From contig NC_081387.1 in assembly GCF_030684315.1 (NCBI RefSeq), positions 23,802,647 to 23,866,646 of the forward strand: a stretch of DNA of 64,000 nucleotides, written 5' to 3'. The stretch comes from Stegostoma tigrinum. Taxonomy: Eukaryota. The notes under the pieces were generated by a model. That model made no database searches and was not told the origin of the DNA. It saw only the letters and a program-made list of their open reading frames with translations. Position 1 is the stretch's first letter; every line of letters starts with the position of its first letter. The position numbers and the translations under genes were made by a program. Shown here piece after piece: positions 63,421-64,000 of this stretch.

Positions 63421-64000
63421 TGACATATGTTTAATCTGAACATTAATTGCAAAAACAGGTTTTCAAAAATTATTTGGTACTCGGAATTTACTCAACTTTT
63501 CCCATAAACTTTTGTATCAGCAGAACCAGCGAAGAGATGGCAATGATTTATCCCCAGCCAAGTCATTCAGTAACAAGAAGTCCATACCTTCAACAGGTAA
63601 ATTAGGATTGATTTGTTCCTCTATATAAGGTACAAATACAGGAACAAATACAACAAAGAACTAGAAACCTTCTTCAGAAATAAAACACTTCTTTCAATAC
63701 CAGTACTTCTTCACTCAGCAAACTTTCTGGAGAGAAATTCAGGTCATTTGCTAACATCAGTGACAGCTGCCCATGGATCCTTCAAGATGATAAATAACTT
63801 CCTGCCTCACGAAACTTTGTGTTTAAACAAAAAGCAGAAAGCAAACTTCCTGCATGCTGTCTTTTTTCAGAAAATTCATTCACAAGATTTATTGCCCCTC
63901 CCTAATTGCCCAAAAGGCAGTTCAGGGTAGGCTACATTGCTTTGGATTTGGAGCCACATGTAGGTCAGACCAGGTAAGGATGGCAGTTTCCTTACCTAAA

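Overview
Vertebrate genomic DNA, almost certainly from a cartilaginous fish (shark): it carries HE1-type SINEs, CR1 LINEs and shark-type Penelope repeats. The only host gene I can reconstruct is a minus-strand butyrophilin-like gene spanning about 45 kb. Its exons are signal peptide 60898-60977, IgV 51389-51736, IgC 44483-44764, TM 42756-42875, micro-exons 39540-39557, 39336-39368 and 21595-21621, and B30.2/PRY-SPRY 15831-16372. All exons join in phase 1, except that the leader exon has one extra T. Just downstream is a decayed second butyrophilin module (IgC relic 13809-14090, probable TM relic, and a 21-bp-repeat tail). Further downstream is a defective epsilon-like endogenous retrovirus (3056-11390, minus) with 3' LTR, PPT, env, integrase and part of gag. 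In it, the pro-RT region is replaced by an antisense RT fragment that looks spuma/loki-like, and a CR1 has inserted into pol. The rest is layered TEs (CR1, an L2-like LINE with its partner SINE, Penelope, Gypsy LTRs, Harbinger). Penelope-derived repeats across the window carry minimal hammerhead-ribozyme cores, including one nested inside another. Two near-perfect long hairpins lie in the large butyrophilin intron. All calls come from manual reading and recalled motifs; no searches were run.
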